Made by a program: the position numbers and the translations under genes. A DNA stretch of 64,000 nucleotides from an uncultured Bacilli bacterium (GTDB taxonomy: Bacteria > Bacillota_I > Bacilli_A > RF39 > UBA660): positions 10,037-74,036 of the forward strand of contig CAKOPW010000003.1 in NCBI GenBank assembly GCA_934101115.1, in the 5' to 3' direction. Positions 55,576 to 64,000 of the stretch are shown piece after piece. The notes below the pieces were generated by a model, which saw nothing but the letters and a program-made list of their open reading frames with translations, had not been told where the DNA came from and did no database searches. Position 1 is the first letter of the stretch; every line of letters starts with the position of its first letter.

Positions 55576-55896
55576 CTAAAAATTCTAATTTTTTGTTCGC
55601 TGGCTTTAGATAAATATGCAATGACGTAAAACTAAAAACGTTCTATAACCAACTTACTTCATTAAGTAATATGATTATCAAGCATTATTTTTCGTAAATA
55701 CGTCAAATATTGTAATATTTTATCTTAGTCTTGTCAACTTTTCAAAAATTGGATTTGTTTCCAAATACGTCCAATTTACTCCATTTTAACATGTCTATAG
55801 AGATACACAAGAATATTATGGATATACCTTGGATATATTTTGGCTATGTTTTGGCAAACTTTTTTTATTAAAAATCTATACTTCCTAACATAATTC

Positions 55897-55934
55897 AAAA
55901 AAAAAGTATAACAATTCATTAATAATTGTTATAC
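55897..55934 (-). terminator. Rho-independent terminator after the anti-sigma gene
   Basis: Perfect 11-bp stem gtataacaatt / aattgttatac with a 7-nt loop, followed by U9 on the minus-strand RNA. Confidence 0.7.
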
Positions 55935-55971
55935 CATTCATAAACACCACTTATTTATCAATTTTTGCTAC

Positions 55972-56814
55972 TTAATAGTGAAATCCATCTAATATTTTTT
56001 GAACAGTCCCAAAAGGATCATTCGCATCTTCAGTTCCTATGTGCACTTTCAATCTATAAGCTATATTATCGTGTATTATAATAATATTTTGAGTTGATTT
56101 AGGAGAAACATATGTTGCATAGGCTTTCTCGTTAATAGCTTTAATATAATATTCGTGAATATTATTTTCGGATGATACGTTTGCTTCCCAAACAGTATCA
56201 ATATTTTTATCATTATATTTTGTTCGCATTGCAACATCTAGCCATACTGCTGTTTGATTTCTTACGCCAAATTTGGTGTTCATTGGATTCGGCATATGTA
56301 ATTTTATATATGAGATATTTCCATCAACACGAGAAACTTTAGTTAAGAGCATTCTATTATCTGTAAAGAAGTCATTTTTTAATATTTTTATTCCTAAGAC
56401 ATCTGCTAATTCTTCAGGAGTATATGCAGAATAGCATGCATCATCATCACTTATATTTTCAAATAAATTGAAAGATCTTTGACATCTAGGTTCATTTAAA
56501 TTAGCATTATAGTTAAGTTCCTTTCTTGCCTCTGACTCTAATTTATAATTTGTGTAATAAGAATCATTTTGAGTCTTTAAATTGGTTATTTTAGTTATAA
56601 CTTTACTAATACCATCTTTGATTTCTTCTGCATAAGTTACTCCTGCACTAACAATCAAAATACTAAATGCTGCAACTAAACAAAATATAATACTATTTTT
56701 TTTCTTATTTTTATAATATCTATTGATAGTTTGTATTTTTAGGTATTTATTTCTTTCATCAGTCAAAATTATCTTATCAATGTTGTCAATGTAATCATTC
56801 TCGATTTTACTCAT
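55972..56814 (-). CDS. Putative membrane anti-sigma factor
   Basis: 280 aa with one TM (IIFCLVAAFSILIVSAGV) and an extracytoplasmic domain. Its start overlaps the ECF sigma stop (ATGA). Confidence 0.5.
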   Translation of the reverse strand: MSKIENDYIDNIDKIILTDERNKYLKIQTINRYYKNKKKNSIIFCLVAAFSILIVSAGVTYAEEIKDGISKVITKITNLKTQNDSYYTNYKLESEARKELNYNANLNEPRCQRSFNLFENISDDDACYSAYTPEELADVLGIKILKNDFFTDNRMLLTKVSRVDGNISYIKLHMPNPMNTKFGVRNQTAVWLDVAMRTKYNDKNIDTVWEANVSSENNIHEYYIKAINEKAYATYVSPKSTQNIIIIHDNIAYRLKVHIGTEDANDPFGTVQKILDGFHY

Positions 56815-57275
56815 TGAAATCCCTCCATTTCCAATCGTAACTTATCTTTTCCTCTTGATAAATTCATTTTAATAGCTGATTCAGTTTTCCTTGTAATTGC
56901 AGCTATCTCCTTTATTTTATATCCCTGATAATAATATAAATATAATGCAATTCTATAATCTTTTGGAATACTTTTTAACAAATCAAAAGTTTCATTTGTA
57001 TTTAAATCATAAAATCCAGTTTCACTATCTGGCATAGAAATATGTTTTTTCCAAGGTGATTTTAATAAATCTTTGGCATTATTTATACTTACTTTTATTA
57101 ACCATTTTTTTACGTCCTCATTTGGAAGAGACAATATTTTCTTATTTTTGTATAGCTTCATAAAAGTTTTTTGAAGAATATCTTCAGCATCAGGAATATT
57201 CAAAATATAACTATAAATTAATTTATAAATATCTCTACTATATAAACTATAGATTTCATCAAAACGCTCATTCAT
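56811..57275 (-). CDS. ECF-type RNA polymerase sigma factor
   Basis: Region 2 DAEDILQKTFMKLYKN and region 4 YYQGYKIKEIAAITRKTESAIKMNLSRGKDKL. RBS aaaggag precedes ATG 57275. Confidence 0.8.
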   Translation of the reverse strand: MNERFDEIYSLYSRDIYKLIYSYILNIPDAEDILQKTFMKLYKNKKILSLPNEDVKKWLIKVSINNAKDLLKSPWKKHISMPDSETGFYDLNTNETFDLLKSIPKDYRIALYLYYYQGYKIKEIAAITRKTESAIKMNLSRGKDKLRLEMEGFQ

Positions 57276-57377
57276 ATTTACTCCTTTCACTATAATAACG
57301 ATTGAAAATGCAGAAAAGTCACTAAAAATTTTAAAAAAAAAGGAATCAAAGTTGATTGATTCCTACACTTTGGTTTA

Positions 57378-58313
57378 TTAGAAGTTGGCTTGAACTCCTT
57401 GCATTCCATCATAATAGTTTCGTACAGTGCTATTACTAAAATATACTACATTTCCAAGGCCACCTGATTTAAAAGTATATGACTTTGCTTGACTTAAAGT
57501 AATATTACTATTACGTGCGTGTTGATAAGTAGCATACATTGGATTACCAACAGGATTAACAAGATTTAACTCTAATTCTAATGTCAACTCTGAATTTGCT
57601 TTATCAAAAATATTCATAATTTGTCCAAAACCTTTATCAGTAATCTTTATGTTATTACTAGAAAGATCGTATTCGGCAGACAACTTATCTCCATTTTTGT
57701 CATAACATGTTTGTACCCCTGAATAGCTAGATATATTTGAAGTTGGCATAGAATTATCCCAACGAACTGCTAATATATCATATTTTTTTATCATTGGTAT
57801 ACTAAACCATTCAACATCCATAAGAACTATAGGATTGTCGTCCCAAACATATTGTCCATAAACAAAAGATAATCTTTTACTAGAAGTAGTATAACTAACT
57901 TCGGGACCTCCCTCAGGCATCCAATATGGTATAATCATTTTTGATACATCATGTAATTTGTTATCGGAAAGCACGTGTAATTTATCATTTGTTACTACAC
58001 TCATAGCTTCCTCTTCTGTTGCTGGTATTGTAATTGAATCAATAACTTCACCATTTTTTACCATTTCAGTAGTTATCGCGTATTCTGTACCTGTTTTAAC
58101 AACTGAATTTTCATCTGAAAATAACAAAACCGCATTTTGACTCATATTATCAATAGTTCGGTCACTAAATCTTTTTGTTAAATTTTCATATTGTTTAGAA
58201 GTAATTTTTACTTCTCTAGAATTTACATATTCTCCATTTTTATTTAACTCAAGTGCATTTACTGAGCTAATAGTAAAAAATAAACATCCAATAAATAATA
58301 ATCCTTTTTTCAT
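57378..58313 (-). CDS. Secreted protein of unknown function (paralogue A)
   Basis: 311 aa with a signal peptide. C-terminus ...ATYQHARNS...SYTFKSGGLGNVVYF...YYDGMQGVQANF is shared with 58444..59166. Confidence 0.55.
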   Translation of the reverse strand: MKKGLLFIGCLFFTISSVNALELNKNGEYVNSREVKITSKQYENLTKRFSDRTIDNMSQNAVLLFSDENSVVKTGTEYAITTEMVKNGEVIDSITIPATEEEAMSVVTNDKLHVLSDNKLHDVSKMIIPYWMPEGGPEVSYTTSSKRLSFVYGQYVWDDNPIVLMDVEWFSIPMIKKYDILAVRWDNSMPTSNISSYSGVQTCYDKNGDKLSAEYDLSSNNIKITDKGFGQIMNIFDKANSELTLELELNLVNPVGNPMYATYQHARNSNITLSQAKSYTFKSGGLGNVVYFSNSTVRNYYDGMQGVQANF

Positions 58314-58443
58314 AAATTTTTCCTCCTATCTTATTAAAAAGTCTTATTAATCTTTTCTATATATCACACTCCATTCCACAATTTAACACCCATGGATTTT
58401 GTTAAATTTATTTATACTAAATTCTAAAATTTAATATACTCAA

Positions 58444-59166
58444 TTAAGACATTTTTAATTCAACACCAACCATACAATCATAATAATCTTGAATTCCTGT
58501 ATTAAATTTGAAAACGCCACCTATACCAGATTTAGAAAATGAATACTTTTTGCTATTTGTTGATGAAATTGTTTTTTTAGCATGTTGATAACTAGCTTTA
58601 ATTGAACCTTTATTTTCCAACAATAATAGTTGAGAAACATCCAAATACGTTACATCAGTAGGAAGCTTAAAAGATGTTCCTATTCCAATATTCTCCTTTT
58701 TGTCATAAGAATACTCGCTTTTACCTTTATTAGTATCTACTCTCACCTTATTTACTTGAATAGGTGATGCACCATCTAAATAAATTCCAAGTATGTCATA
58801 GCTTCTTATTTTTGGTAAATTAATCCATCTAAGAGTAATAGACACTAAACAATTAGTGTTACATGACATGCTCATTTTTAAAGATTTATTAGCCGTTGTG
58901 TGCTCTGCTTCTGACAATAAACTATAATCAGAATTATTAACTAATGTTGTTTTAATTTCATTTTCAAATAATCCGTTTTTCTTTAAAAAATTGTATTCTT
59001 CTTGTGATAAATTATCTTGATAGCCATCCCAATAAAAGTCACTTATAGCACTGTATTCTTTTTGAGTGAGAATAACTCCATTACTATTTTCATAAAAGAT
59101 TCCCTGTGCATTTACTCCTCCAATAAAAACAAATGATAATAATATCAATAAAAAATTTTTTTTCAT
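58444..59166 (-). CDS. Secreted protein of unknown function (paralogue B)
   Basis: MKKNFLLILLSFVFIGGVNAQG signal peptide. ...WINLPKIRSYDILG... and ...ASYQHAKKT...KYSFSKSGIGGVFKF...YYDCMVGVELKMS. RBS gggaga precedes ATG 59166. Confidence 0.55.
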   Translation of the reverse strand: MKKNFLLILLSFVFIGGVNAQGIFYENSNGVILTQKEYSAISDFYWDGYQDNLSQEEYNFLKKNGLFENEIKTTLVNNSDYSLLSEAEHTTANKSLKMSMSCNTNCLVSITLRWINLPKIRSYDILGIYLDGASPIQVNKVRVDTNKGKSEYSYDKKENIGIGTSFKLPTDVTYLDVSQLLLLENKGSIKASYQHAKKTISSTNSKKYSFSKSGIGGVFKFNTGIQDYYDCMVGVELKMS

Positions 59167-59228
59167 ACATCTTCTCCCTTTTTCTGATTTCATGTTAGCA
59201 TATTTTTGTCAAAAAAAGGGAGGTCTTG

Positions 59229-60350
59229 TTAAGACCCTCCTCTAATTATCTCATTAAACACACTATTTAAAGTATCAACAACAATACTATCACAATTATT
59301 TTTTTGACTTTTATTTTTTTCATAATAGCAATCATCTAGTAGATTTAGCTCCATATCCATTTTATTATAACTTGCACTATCATACTTTACATCATATGTA
59401 ATCGAATAATTATATTTTTTATCCTTCCAATATATTAAAATTGATGCTGTCTCATCTGCATAATTTATATTATACAAATTACCTTTTATTTTAATTTTTT
59501 TAAAATAAAGCCTATTTTCTTCCTGAAAGTTCTTTTTTATAGCATTTATAACATCGTTGCTTATAATTTCTTTAGATTCAGATTTTTGAAGTTTAGTTTT
59601 TTTCGATTTAGAAAAAAATATTTTTTTATTAGAATAATCCTCTTTCAATATTAGCTGAATAGTCTTTACTTTATTGTCATAATATATATCCACAAAAAGT
59701 GAATCAAATTTTATATTTTTATTTTTAATTTCGAAATATTCATTGTAATCATAAAAATCTCTTATAAGAGCATCTTTTCCAGAAGAAGTCTTGTATATAA
59801 TTGATTTATTACCATTACCATAATATAAAATTACTTTTGATATCTTATTTTCATCAACACCATTAATATTTCCTAATCTAAAATAAATGCTCTCACCGGT
59901 CAGCATAACTGCACCATCCGTTAAATAAATATCATCTGGAGCAGACTCTATGGTATATATTTTTACTGAATCATAAGAGTTTAAAAAATAATAAAGCAAA
60001 AAAGAAATTATCATAATCAGTAATACTATTAAACTTACAACAAGAAACTTTGCTGTTTTATTATACTTTTTATTTATTAAATTTCTATCATCATATATCA
60101 TCAAATTAATATCCTGTAATTTTTTTTCATTCTCTTTAGACCTATATTCACCAAACATAATTTCATCAATTGAAACATTAAATATTTCACTAAGTCTAAT
60201 TATTGTCGAAGAATCCGGAATTGTCCTACCATTTTCCCACTTACTTATTGCTTCTCTATTAATTGGTATCTTTTCAGCCAAAATATTTTGACTCATATTA
60301 TTTTTTTGTCTAAGTTCTTTTATAAATAAACCAATTTTTTTACTATCCAT
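59229..60350 (-). CDS. Membrane-tethered XRE-family regulator
   Basis: MDSKKIGLFIKELRQKNNMSQNILAEKIPINREAISKWENGRTIPD, then one TM and a ~240-aa extracytoplasmic domain. Confidence 0.7.
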   Translation of the reverse strand: MDSKKIGLFIKELRQKNNMSQNILAEKIPINREAISKWENGRTIPDSSTIIRLSEIFNVSIDEIMFGEYRSKENEKKLQDINLMIYDDRNLINKKYNKTAKFLVVSLIVLLIMIISFLLYYFLNSYDSVKIYTIESAPDDIYLTDGAVMLTGESIYFRLGNINGVDENKISKVILYYGNGNKSIIYKTSSGKDALIRDFYDYNEYFEIKNKNIKFDSLFVDIYYDNKVKTIQLILKEDYSNKKIFFSKSKKTKLQKSESKEIISNDVINAIKKNFQEENRLYFKKIKIKGNLYNINYADETASILIYWKDKKYNYSITYDVKYDSASYNKMDMELNLLDDCYYEKNKSQKNNCDSIVVDTLNSVFNEIIRGGS

Positions 60351-60564
60351 AAGTTCACCACCAAATTTTAAAATCGTATTTAAATAAAATATTAACAAGC
60401 AAAGTAATAAAGAATATAAAAAATGAAATTAGCATTATGATAACTATAATGTACATAATTTTTTTTCATAAATAATCCCTATATTCATTATATCATGAAA
60501 AAAGATACTTTTTAATAAAGTACCTTAAATCCCTGTATTGCCTGCCTCTTTAGTTATTCACTTA

Positions 60565-60610
60565 TTTTTTGGATTTATCATGTTCCTCCATGTCCAGGGT
60601 CAATTATAAT
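60565..60610. other. Right junction (hybrid att site) of ICE-2
   Basis: Plus strand: ggatttatcatgttcctcca TG tccagggtcaattat. The element-side arm is the inverted counterpart of 34311-34337. Confidence 0.7.
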
Positions 60611-60625
60611 CTTATAATTATTCAT
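60578..60625 (-). pseudogene. 5' stub of the disrupted amidase gene
   Basis: AGGTGA RBS, then ATG AAT AAT TAT AAG ATT ATA ATT GAC CCT GGA CAT GGA GGA ACA TGA = MNNYKIIIDPGHGGT*. Sequence downstream of the TG at 60591-60592 (lower plus-strand coordinates) is element-derived. Confidence 0.75.
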
Positions 60626-60691
60626 AGTATCACCTAGAATAGTGTATGAAAAAAAATGAAATATGGCACTTTTCATATTTCATTTTTCTTT

Positions 60692-61330
60692 TTATTTTAA
60701 ACTATCTGTAAACGTTTTTATGTCTGCATCACTTGCACTAGACGAAAATCTTTGACCAGTTTTCCAGTTTCCACCATTTGCCATCTCTTCAAGCAACTTT
60801 CCACTTTGACCAAGTCCACTTGATGCTGAAGTACAAAATGGAATAATTGTTTTAGCGGTAAAATCATTATCTTTAACAAAATTATTAACTGGCCAAGCTG
60901 CTACACCCCACCAAATTGGATATCCAATTAAAACAGTATCATAACTATCCCAGTTATCAATTTTTGTGTTTTTTAATTCAATATCTCTTAAAGCTTCATT
61001 ATCATGTTCTTTTGAAACTCTAGATTCTTCATCTGACCAATTTAAATCAGCTGATGTATAAACATCTTTTAGTACAATCTCGAATATATCAGCATTTAAA
61101 TTAGCCGCAATTTTTTTAGCAACTGCTTCAGTATGACTTTGAGCAGAATAATAAACAACTAAAACATTTTTAGAAGAAGTATTGTTATTATCATTTATCA
61201 TTGATCCATTACCATCATTTATATTATCTTTATTATTATCCATATTTTTATTATTTAAAATCAAATAAATTCCAACACCTATAACAAGAACTATAGCTAT
61301 AAATCCAATTATTGATAAAACCTTTTTCAT
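60692..61330 (-). CDS. Flavodoxin-like protein with an N-terminal membrane anchor/signal
   Basis: 212 aa; ...VLVVYYSAQSHTEAVAKKIA...YDTVLIGYPIWWGVAAWPVNNFV.... Confidence 0.7.
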   Translation of the reverse strand: MKKVLSIIGFIAIVLVIGVGIYLILNNKNMDNNKDNINDGNGSMINDNNNTSSKNVLVVYYSAQSHTEAVAKKIAANLNADIFEIVLKDVYTSADLNWSDEESRVSKEHDNEALRDIELKNTKIDNWDSYDTVLIGYPIWWGVAAWPVNNFVKDNDFTAKTIIPFCTSASSGLGQSGKLLEEMANGGNWKTGQRFSSSASDADIKTFTDSLK

Positions 61331-61339
61331 ATATTCTCC

Positions 61340-62230
61340 CTACCAATTCTTCTTATCTTTACGACAATCTTCATTATCTCTTCTTGATTTTACAATCTCA
61401 TCAAACCATTCAACCATTTTTGGATCTTGATGATTAAAGAATAAACTATTTTGTGTATTTAATTTATTAATTTTTTCCATATCTTCATCAGTTAATTTAA
61501 AATCAAATACATTAAAATTTTCTTCCATGCGTTCAATATGAGTTGATTTGCATGCAATAATAACGCCTCTTTCAATTAACCATCTAAGCATTACTTGAGC
61601 AGAAGATTTATTATATTTTTTACCAATACTTGTCAATACTTCATTTTCAAATAAACCATTTCTTCCTTCTCCAAATGGTGCCCAGGCCTCCATTTTAACT
61701 CCATATTTTTCCATATTTTCTTGTGCTTCTACTTGAGCATTAAGAGGATTTACTTCCACTTGATTGATTGCAGGAACAACTTTTCTTCCAAATAAAGAAA
61801 TATCACTTAATCTATCAGGATAAAAATTTGACACTCCAATTGCTCTAATTTTTCCTTCATGATATAGATCTTCTAAAGCACGATATGCTCCATAATAATC
61901 AGCAAAAGGTTGATGTAGTAAAACTAAATCAATATAATCAGTTTTAAGTTTCTTTAATGATTCCATAACTGATTTTTTACAGTTTTCATAACCATAATTA
62001 TCTATCCATACCTTAGTAGTAATAAATAATTCCTCTCTTGGAATACCACATTCTACTATAGCATCTCCAACTTCACTTTCATTAAAATAACTTTGAGCTG
62101 TATCAATACTTCTAAATCCCACTTTAATTGCATCAAGTACACATCTCTTAGTATCCTCTTTAGGTATTTGATAAACACCAAAACCTAGTATAGGCATTTT
62201 TACTCCATTATTAAGTTCAACATATTCCAT
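61340..62230 (-). CDS. Aldo/keto reductase
   Basis: 296 aa; ...LGFGVYQI...GFRSIDTAQSYFNESEVG...DLVLLHQP... Confidence 0.85.
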   Translation of the reverse strand: MEYVELNNGVKMPILGFGVYQIPKEDTKRCVLDAIKVGFRSIDTAQSYFNESEVGDAIVECGIPREELFITTKVWIDNYGYENCKKSVMESLKKLKTDYIDLVLLHQPFADYYGAYRALEDLYHEGKIRAIGVSNFYPDRLSDISLFGRKVVPAINQVEVNPLNAQVEAQENMEKYGVKMEAWAPFGEGRNGLFENEVLTSIGKKYNKSSAQVMLRWLIERGVIIACKSTHIERMEENFNVFDFKLTDEDMEKINKLNTQNSLFFNHQDPKMVEWFDEIVKSRRDNEDCRKDKKNW

Positions 62231-62261
62231 ATAATCATTCCTTTCTTTTTGTGAACATAAA

Positions 62262-62319
62262 TTGACTTCAACTTCTTTTTACTCTATAATTATAAATGTC
62301 GGAAGTTACTCACGGTCAA
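62262..62319. promoter_or_regulatory. Divergent overlapping promoters (merR-like gene vs reductase operon)
   Basis: Plus strand: TTGACT (62262-62267), 17 bp, TATAAT (62285-62290). Minus strand: TTGACC (62314-62319), 19 bp, TATAAT (62289-62294). The 19-bp spacer is typical of MerR-controlled promoters. Confidence 0.55.
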
Positions 62320-62353
62320 GTATAAAATTAAATTTGTAAAGGAGAAACACATA

Positions 62354-62776
62354 ATGACTAACAAGACTTTATATTCAATGAAAGAAACATGTAAAAAAAC
62401 CGGATTTTCTTATGATACATTAAAATTTTATTGCAATGAAGGATTAATTCCAAATGTCAAAAGAAACAAAAGCAATTATCGAGTATTTGACGATAATGAT
62501 ATAAATTGGATTAAAAATCTATCATGTTTAAAAAAATGTGGAATGAATATCACAGAAATGAAAGAATATTTAGATTTATGTTTAAAAGGAAAATCATCTA
62601 TTCCAGAAAGAAAAAAAGTTCTTGATATAAAACTTCAAGAACTGGAAGAAAGAAAAAAAGAAATTCAAGATGCAATTGATTTTGTTAATTGGAAACAAAG
62701 TTTTTATGACGATGTCTTATCTGGAAAAAAAGAATATTTTAGTTATTTAATAAAAACAAAAAATGATGGAGAATAA
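62354..62776 (+). CDS. MerR-family transcriptional regulator
   Basis: 140 aa; YSMKETCKKTGFSYDTLKFYCNEGLIPNVKRNKSNYRVFDDNDINWIKNL..., followed by a coiled-coil dimerisation helix. Confidence 0.85.
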   Translation: MTNKTLYSMKETCKKTGFSYDTLKFYCNEGLIPNVKRNKSNYRVFDDNDINWIKNLSCLKKCGMNITEMKEYLDLCLKGKSSIPERKKVLDIKLQELEERKKEIQDAIDFVNWKQSFYDDVLSGKKEYFSYLIKTKNDGE

Positions 62777-62795
62777 CCATCATTTTTTATATACT

Positions 62796-63557
62796 TTAGC
62801 TAACTTTTGTTTCATAAAGCAAATTAGATTTTCTTATTACCTTATTTAACTTCGTTGTATCTTGATTTTCATATATTTTATTTATATGTGATAAACTTTG
62901 TTTAGTATAATAAACTTTTTTTATCTTTTTTAAACAACTATCACTTACATATAAATCATTTGTAGAAGTATTTTCACTTAAATCATAACCAGTAAATTCA
63001 TCAAATTTCTTACTTCTATTTATTATTGTTCCAAGATCTTCATAATACGTAACAAAAGCTAAACATTCATTTTCATATTCAAAATAAACATATTTTGTAT
63101 TTCCAAGCACCGGAGTAGTAAGTTTTAATGAATGATTTTCAAAAGTCACATTCATTGTACGTTTATCATAATCTTGTTTAATATAAATATGGTTTAATAA
63201 AAAATTAAATGCAATAACCGATATTAAGAAAACAACAATAAATAAAATGACTAAGTTAAAAATCCTAATAGTTTTATTTTTAAGTTCCACATTTTCAACT
63301 ACATCTATCATATTTTTTTCAAATTTATCTTGATATTCATCTTTTTTCAATTTTTCTCCGGATAAGAATTCATTAATTGATATTCCTAAGACCTCGCATA
63401 TTGAATTATACATGGACATATCCGGCATACATTTCCCATTTTCCCATCTTGATATACTTCTACTATTAACATTTAATTTTTCAGCTAACTCTTCTTGAGT
63501 TAAATTACATTCTTTACGCCTTTCAGCAATAAACTTACCAATTTTTTCTTGATTCAT
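62796..63557 (-). CDS. Membrane-tethered XRE-family regulator (chromosomal)
   Basis: 253 aa; MNQEKIGKFIAERRKECNLTQEELAEKLNVNSRSISRWENGKCMPD, then one TM. Confidence 0.75.
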   Translation of the reverse strand: MNQEKIGKFIAERRKECNLTQEELAEKLNVNSRSISRWENGKCMPDMSMYNSICEVLGISINEFLSGEKLKKDEYQDKFEKNMIDVVENVELKNKTIRIFNLVILFIVVFLISVIAFNFLLNHIYIKQDYDKRTMNVTFENHSLKLTTPVLGNTKYVYFEYENECLAFVTYYEDLGTIINRSKKFDEFTGYDLSENTSTNDLYVSDSCLKKIKKVYYTKQSLSHINKIYENQDTTKLNKVIRKSNLLYETKVS

Positions 63558-63628
63558 AACTTTCTTCCTTTCTGTCTTTATACTACAAAATCTAGTTTAT
63601 ATAATACACGACACAAAGTGAGAATTAA

Positions 63629-64000
63629 TTATTTTTCATTATACTCTTCCAAGAAACTTTTATATTTACCATTCTTTTTAGTTCCTAAAACACAGTTTAA
63701 ATTAACATTATCCATACTTTTAAATATATTATGATCAATTTCTCTGTTAATTTGTCTCATTTTTTTTATTAATTCTTTCATTTCTTTTCTTTTGCTTGTA
63801 CCATCATTGATTAATGAACAACCTTCAGTAAATCTACAAGCACAGTTGATAAATGTAAGTTCATTATAATTTCTCCAAGAAATAATAGCTCCCTCTTTCA
63901 CCAAATAAAGAGGTCTAATAAGTTCAAGCCCTTCATAATTATCAGAATGAAGTTTAGGCATCATAGTTTTAATCTCAGCTCCATAAAACATTGAAAGTAA
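63629..64000 (-). CDS. PP-loop ATPase family protein (TtcA-like tRNA thiolation enzyme?), C-terminal part; the 5' end lies outside the window
   Basis: The frame is open to the window edge; ...FYGAEIKTMMPKL...LIRPLYLVKEGAIISW...CACRFTEGCS.... Confidence 0.45.
   Translation of the reverse strand, partial: LLSMFYGAEIKTMMPKLHSDNYEGLELIRPLYLVKEGAIISWRNYNELTFINCACRFTEGCSLINDGTSKRKEMKELIKKMRQINREIDHNIFKSMDNVNLNCVLGTKKNGKYKSFLEEYNEK

Larger units (their letters stand above)
34309..60592 (-). mobile_element. ICE-2: 26.3-kb conjugative element integrated by a large serine recombinase into the amidase gene
   Basis: The recombinase lies at the left end. It carries its own T4CP, relaxase, oriT, VirB4, VirB6-like and hydrolase genes. 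The att halves are inverted repeats around TG, and the flanks join into an intact amidase N-terminus. Confidence 0.8.

Noticed and set aside
4272-58140. About 40 plus-strand ORFs of 60-112 aa in the track (for example 4272..4478, 5057..5374, 8378..8716, 14183..14407, 21237..21530, 23671..23979, 27854..28075, 44046..44519, 46254..46559, 55203..55460, 57958..58140).
   Set aside because: All are antisense to long minus-strand genes with clear motifs. They are rich in F/L/I/S as expected from reading AT-rich coding DNA backwards, and lack RBS context.
1-64000. CRISPR arrays, rRNA or tRNA genes, IS elements and group II introns.
   Set aside because: No regularly spaced direct repeats were seen. 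No GC-rich structured islands of tRNA or rRNA size were seen. No transposase-like ORFs or terminal inverted repeats were found apart from the serine-recombinase att sites.

Overview
This is an AT-rich (about 25-30% GC by eye) Firmicutes-type chromosomal segment, with almost every gene on the minus strand. No rRNA, tRNA or CRISPR array was seen.

Layout, left to right:
1. 1-6653: a Type I R-M locus. It holds the hsdR 3' end, two silent hsdS cassettes, an embedded tyrosine recombinase, an expressed single-TRD hsdS, an unusually long hsdM and an XRE controller. Inverted repeats predict a phase-variable shufflon.
2. About 7169-34078: conjugative element ICE-1.
   - Backbone (gene content recalls the Tn1549 family, from memory): MobC, PF03432-type relaxase, PcfB/DUF3801, TraG-like T4CP, Maff2-like, TrbL/VirB6-like, ArdC, PrgI-like, VirB4 and a hydrolase.
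   - Internal cargo island: a class-M sirtuin plus macrodomain pair, HxlR, nitroreductase and others.
   - ParA/ParB/Rep-like module.
   - Sortase plus thioester-adhesin cassette.
   - Its left end is not visible in the window.
3. 34079-34316: an internal fragment of a MurNAc-L-Ala amidase gene.
4. 34309-60592: a second, unrelated 26.3-kb conjugative element, ICE-2.
   - A large serine recombinase sits at one end, and attL/attR can be read directly from the sequence.
   - Joining the two flanks rebuilds the amidase N-terminus MNNYKIIIDPGHGGTDNGA.
   - It carries its own T4SS, relaxase and a well-formed oriT (inverted repeat plus ATCCTG).
   - It has a second sortase/thioester-adhesin cassette and a SipW/BsaA(TasA)-like fibre operon.
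   - An ECF sigma/anti-sigma module with two paralogous secreted proteins lies at the far end.
5. 60593-64000: chromosomal genes (amidase 5' stub, flavodoxin-like, aldo-keto reductase, MerR, XRE-membrane regulator, partial PP-loop ATPase).

Best candidates for undescribed biology:
- The portable adhesion cassette shared by both ICEs (small Cys-containing membrane protein, thioester adhesin with a VPxT sorting signal, dedicated sortase), extended in ICE-2 by a SipW-processed TasA/BsaA-like fibre module.
- The orphan SirTM-macrodomain pair on ICE-1.
- The half-HsdS/long-HsdM shufflon.

All functional calls come from motif recognition by eye. No database search was run.
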